From Macrostomum hystrix (lineage: Eukaryota > Animalia > Platyhelminthes), in assembly GCA_950097015.1 (NCBI GenBank), contig CATNEN010000003.1, positions 1,798,001-1,862,000 on the forward strand: a stretch of DNA of 64,000 nucleotides, given 5' to 3'. Positions within the stretch are counted from its first letter, which is position 1, and every line of letters starts with the position of its first letter. The notes beneath the pieces are model-generated. The model saw nothing but the letters and a program-made list of their open reading frames with translations, did not search any database and was not told the DNA's origin. The position numbers and the translations under genes are program-made. Below are positions 61,354 to 64,000 of the stretch, piece by piece.

Positions 61354-63517
61354 ATGGTGATGGACATTGGACTGTTTGGCACATTGCGCAAACTGAAGAT
61401 AGCCAGCGCCACTCTGCGAGTCGATGGCGACTTTGTAGATCGACTGAATCACTACTACACGGCTATTGTCATTGTTGTCTTCACGTTTATCATATCGGCC
61501 AAGCAGTATGTTGGTGAGTTTCGATAGCTTTGCTATTAACACGCACTGGCATTTCTACGAGTAATTGTGTAGCCTTGTGTAGCTGGTAGCTAATTGTGTC
61601 TAGCTGGTTGTTGATCATGTCTAGCTGGAAGTTGTGTCTAGCTGGTAATTGTGTCTATAGCTGGTAGTTGTGTCTAGCTGGTAATTGTGTCTATAGCTGG
61701 TAGTTGTGTCTAGCTGGTAGTTGTGTCTAGCTGGTAGCTAATTGTGTCTAGCTGGTAGATAATTGTGTCTAGCTGGTAGTTGATTGTGTCTAGCTGGTAG
61801 CTAATTGTGTCTAGCTGGTAGCTAATTGTGTCTAGCTGGTAGCTAATTGAGTCTAGCTGGTAGCTAATTGTGTCTAGCTGGTAGGTGTGTCTAGCTGGTT
61901 GTTGATCGTGTCTAGCTGGTAGTTTTTTATAGCTGGTAGTTGTGTCTAGCTGGTAGTTTTGTCTAGCTGGTAGTTGTGTCTAGCTGGTAGTTGTGTCTAG
62001 CTGGTAGTTTTGTCTAGCTGGTAGTTGTGTCTAGCTGGTAGTTGTGTCTAGCTGGTAGTTGTGTCTAGCTGGTAGCTAATTGTGTCTAGCTGGTAGTTGA
62101 CCGTGTCTAGCTGGTATTTGTGTCTAGCTGGTTGTTGATCGTGTCTAGCTGGTAGTTGTGTCTAGCTGGTACTTGTGTCTAGCTGGTACTTGTGTCTGGC
62201 TGGTACTTGTGTCTGGCTGGTTGTTTTGTCTAGCTTAGTTGTCAATCTTGTTAGTAAATCAAAACGCTAGAAGATTTTATAACTTTGTTAGTAACGGTAA
62301 CAATTTTCAACATCCTTTGTCCATAGGAATACATAGTAACACAAAGTAGCACATGGGAATCAATGTGTTAACATAGTTTGTTATTTAATAAAATGCCTAC
62401 AGGCCAGCCGTTGCAGTGCTGGGTGCCAGCTCATTTCACCAGCGCCATGGAGCAGTACGCTGAGAACTACTGCTGGATACAGAACACCTATTACCTGCCC
62501 CTGAAAGAAAGCATTCCGGAGAAGCACAGCCACAGACAGGAGAGAAAGATTGGCTACTACCAATGGGTGCCATTCATGCTAGTCTGCCAGGCGCTGCTAT
62601 TTTACCTGCCCAATATTGTCTGGCGCCTATTGAACTGGGAGAGCGGCATCAACTTTCGTGCCATCAACCGCATGACCTGCGACGCTCAGAATGTGAATCC
62701 GGAGAACCGCGGCAAAACAATTCGCTGCATTTCGCGCCACATCGAGGACGCGTTGAAGTATCAGAAGCGACAGCGTCGCGATTGTGTTGGACAACTCAAA
62801 CTGTTGGCTAGCAAGTACCTGCTGTGCTCTAGACGTCACGGTGTCTACCTGAGCTCCGTGTACCTCCTGATTAAGCTGATGTACATTGGCAATTGCATCA
62901 GTCAGTTTTACCTGCTTAACGCTTTCCTAGGAAGTCCGTATAATTTTTTTGGCTGGCAGCTCCTAGTCAACATGATCTCGGGCGTTACCTGGGAAGAATC
63001 TGGCCAATTCCCGCGAGTGACCATGTGCGACTTTGAAATTCGCGTCCTTGGCAACCTTCACAGGCACACCGTGCAGTGCGTCCTAGTGATCAACCTGTTC
63101 AATGAGAAAATATTTGTGTTCCTTTGGTTCTGGCTCTTGCTTGTTGCCATAGCAACGGTGCTATCATTACTGACGTGGCTGTTTAGGCATGCTCTGCCAC
63201 CAACCAGGCGAGACTTTGTGCTCACCAGCCTGCGAATGGCCGAGCCAAGCCTGCGCAACCAGCGCCGAGACATGGCTCAGGAACGCCAGCTGAATAACTT
63301 TGTCAGCGAGAATCTGCGCTCCGACGGCGTCTTCGTGCTGCGAATGCTAGCGATCAACGCTGGCGACATCATCGCTGCTGAAGTAGCCAGGGAGCTGTGG
63401 CTGTCTTACAAAGCGGCGGACGATTTCACGGTGCGGACGAAGCAGGCAAATGCGGGCAACGTGAATGGCATCGATCAGCACTTAGTGATCTTGTCCGAAG
63501 ACTCGAACGTGGTCTGA
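61354..63517 (+). CDS. Innexin (invertebrate gap-junction protein); exons 61354-61513, 62403-63517
   Basis: DFVDRLNHYYT, KQYVG-QPLQCWVP, YAENYCW, YYQWVPF, FPRVTMCDF, QCVLVINLFNEKIF. Confidence 0.97.
61575..62235. repeat. 17-21-bp minisatellite (TGTGTCTAGCTGGTAGT) in the innexin intron
   Basis: Directly visible. Confidence 0.93.
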
Positions 63518-63599
63518 GGACTAATGAGGCGATTGGAATCAGTGTACAGACAGTATAACACAGACAAGTGGTTTGTGATTCGTGCATGGGGTGAGAAAG

Positions 63600-63890
63600 G
63601 GTTAGCGCCAAAGCGGTTAACGCGTTTACCTTTAGCACCAAGGTCCCTGAGCTCGATTTGCTCAGCGAGGCCACATTCATTTGGGCCGCAGCCGCGGAGA
63701 GAAGACTTGGGGGCTTGTCGTGTAACTAACGCCCTTGAGGGCCAACCTCCAAGGCATCGCATCGTATCTACGTTCGTGTGTGCTCAGGAGTCAGCGAAAT
63801 GGGCAGAATTGCCTCCTCGCTGGCTGTGGGTCTAGTGTCACCAAATGATGTACCATATTGCCCGAAGCCCTCCTGCAATTATTATAATTT
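63600..63890 (+). mobile_element. SINE family 2 copy
   Basis: Homologous to 50701-51000. Confidence 0.7.
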
Positions 63891-64000
63891 TTATGGGGTC
63901 ATAAAAGGGAAAATAATAGTGATTGCTTGATATATTATATGAATTCAACGAAAGTTTAAAATGCACTCAAAACTTTGTCTCTCGGTCGAACTCAAAAACT

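Overview
Eukaryotic (invertebrate animal) genomic DNA with spliceosomal introns; the organism cannot be fixed from the sequence. Bases 1-17127 are an apparently intact, recently inserted Polinton/Maverick (adintovirus-type endogenous dsDNA virus/transposon). The window starts inside its left terminal inverted repeat. It carries the expected core: chromodomain-bearing retroviral-type integrase, minor and major capsid proteins, a basic core-like protein, adenain-type protease, packaging ATPase and protein-primed PolB. The most notable extra cargo is a divergent TATA-binding-protein (TBP) homolog and a tandem PC4-like protein, i.e. a possible element-encoded transcription-initiation module. It also has a Cys/His-rich LxCxE protein and an apparently spliced polB. 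The element sits inside the SET-domain exon of one copy (A, minus strand, also frameshifted) of an inverted pair of compact Trithorax/MLL1-like histone methyltransferase genes. Copy B (plus strand, 29019-33973) is intact, and the two copies show patchwork near-identity suggesting gene conversion. The spacer between them holds hAT-type MITEs plus Crypton and MULE remnants. The rest of the window is ordinary host DNA: a PGYG-repeat protein, a decayed mariner, a flavin amine oxidase, an SLC5 symporter, a universal stress protein, a small membrane protein, an innexin, two tRNA-derived SINE families and several satellites. All family assignments come from motif recognition by eye, not from database searches.
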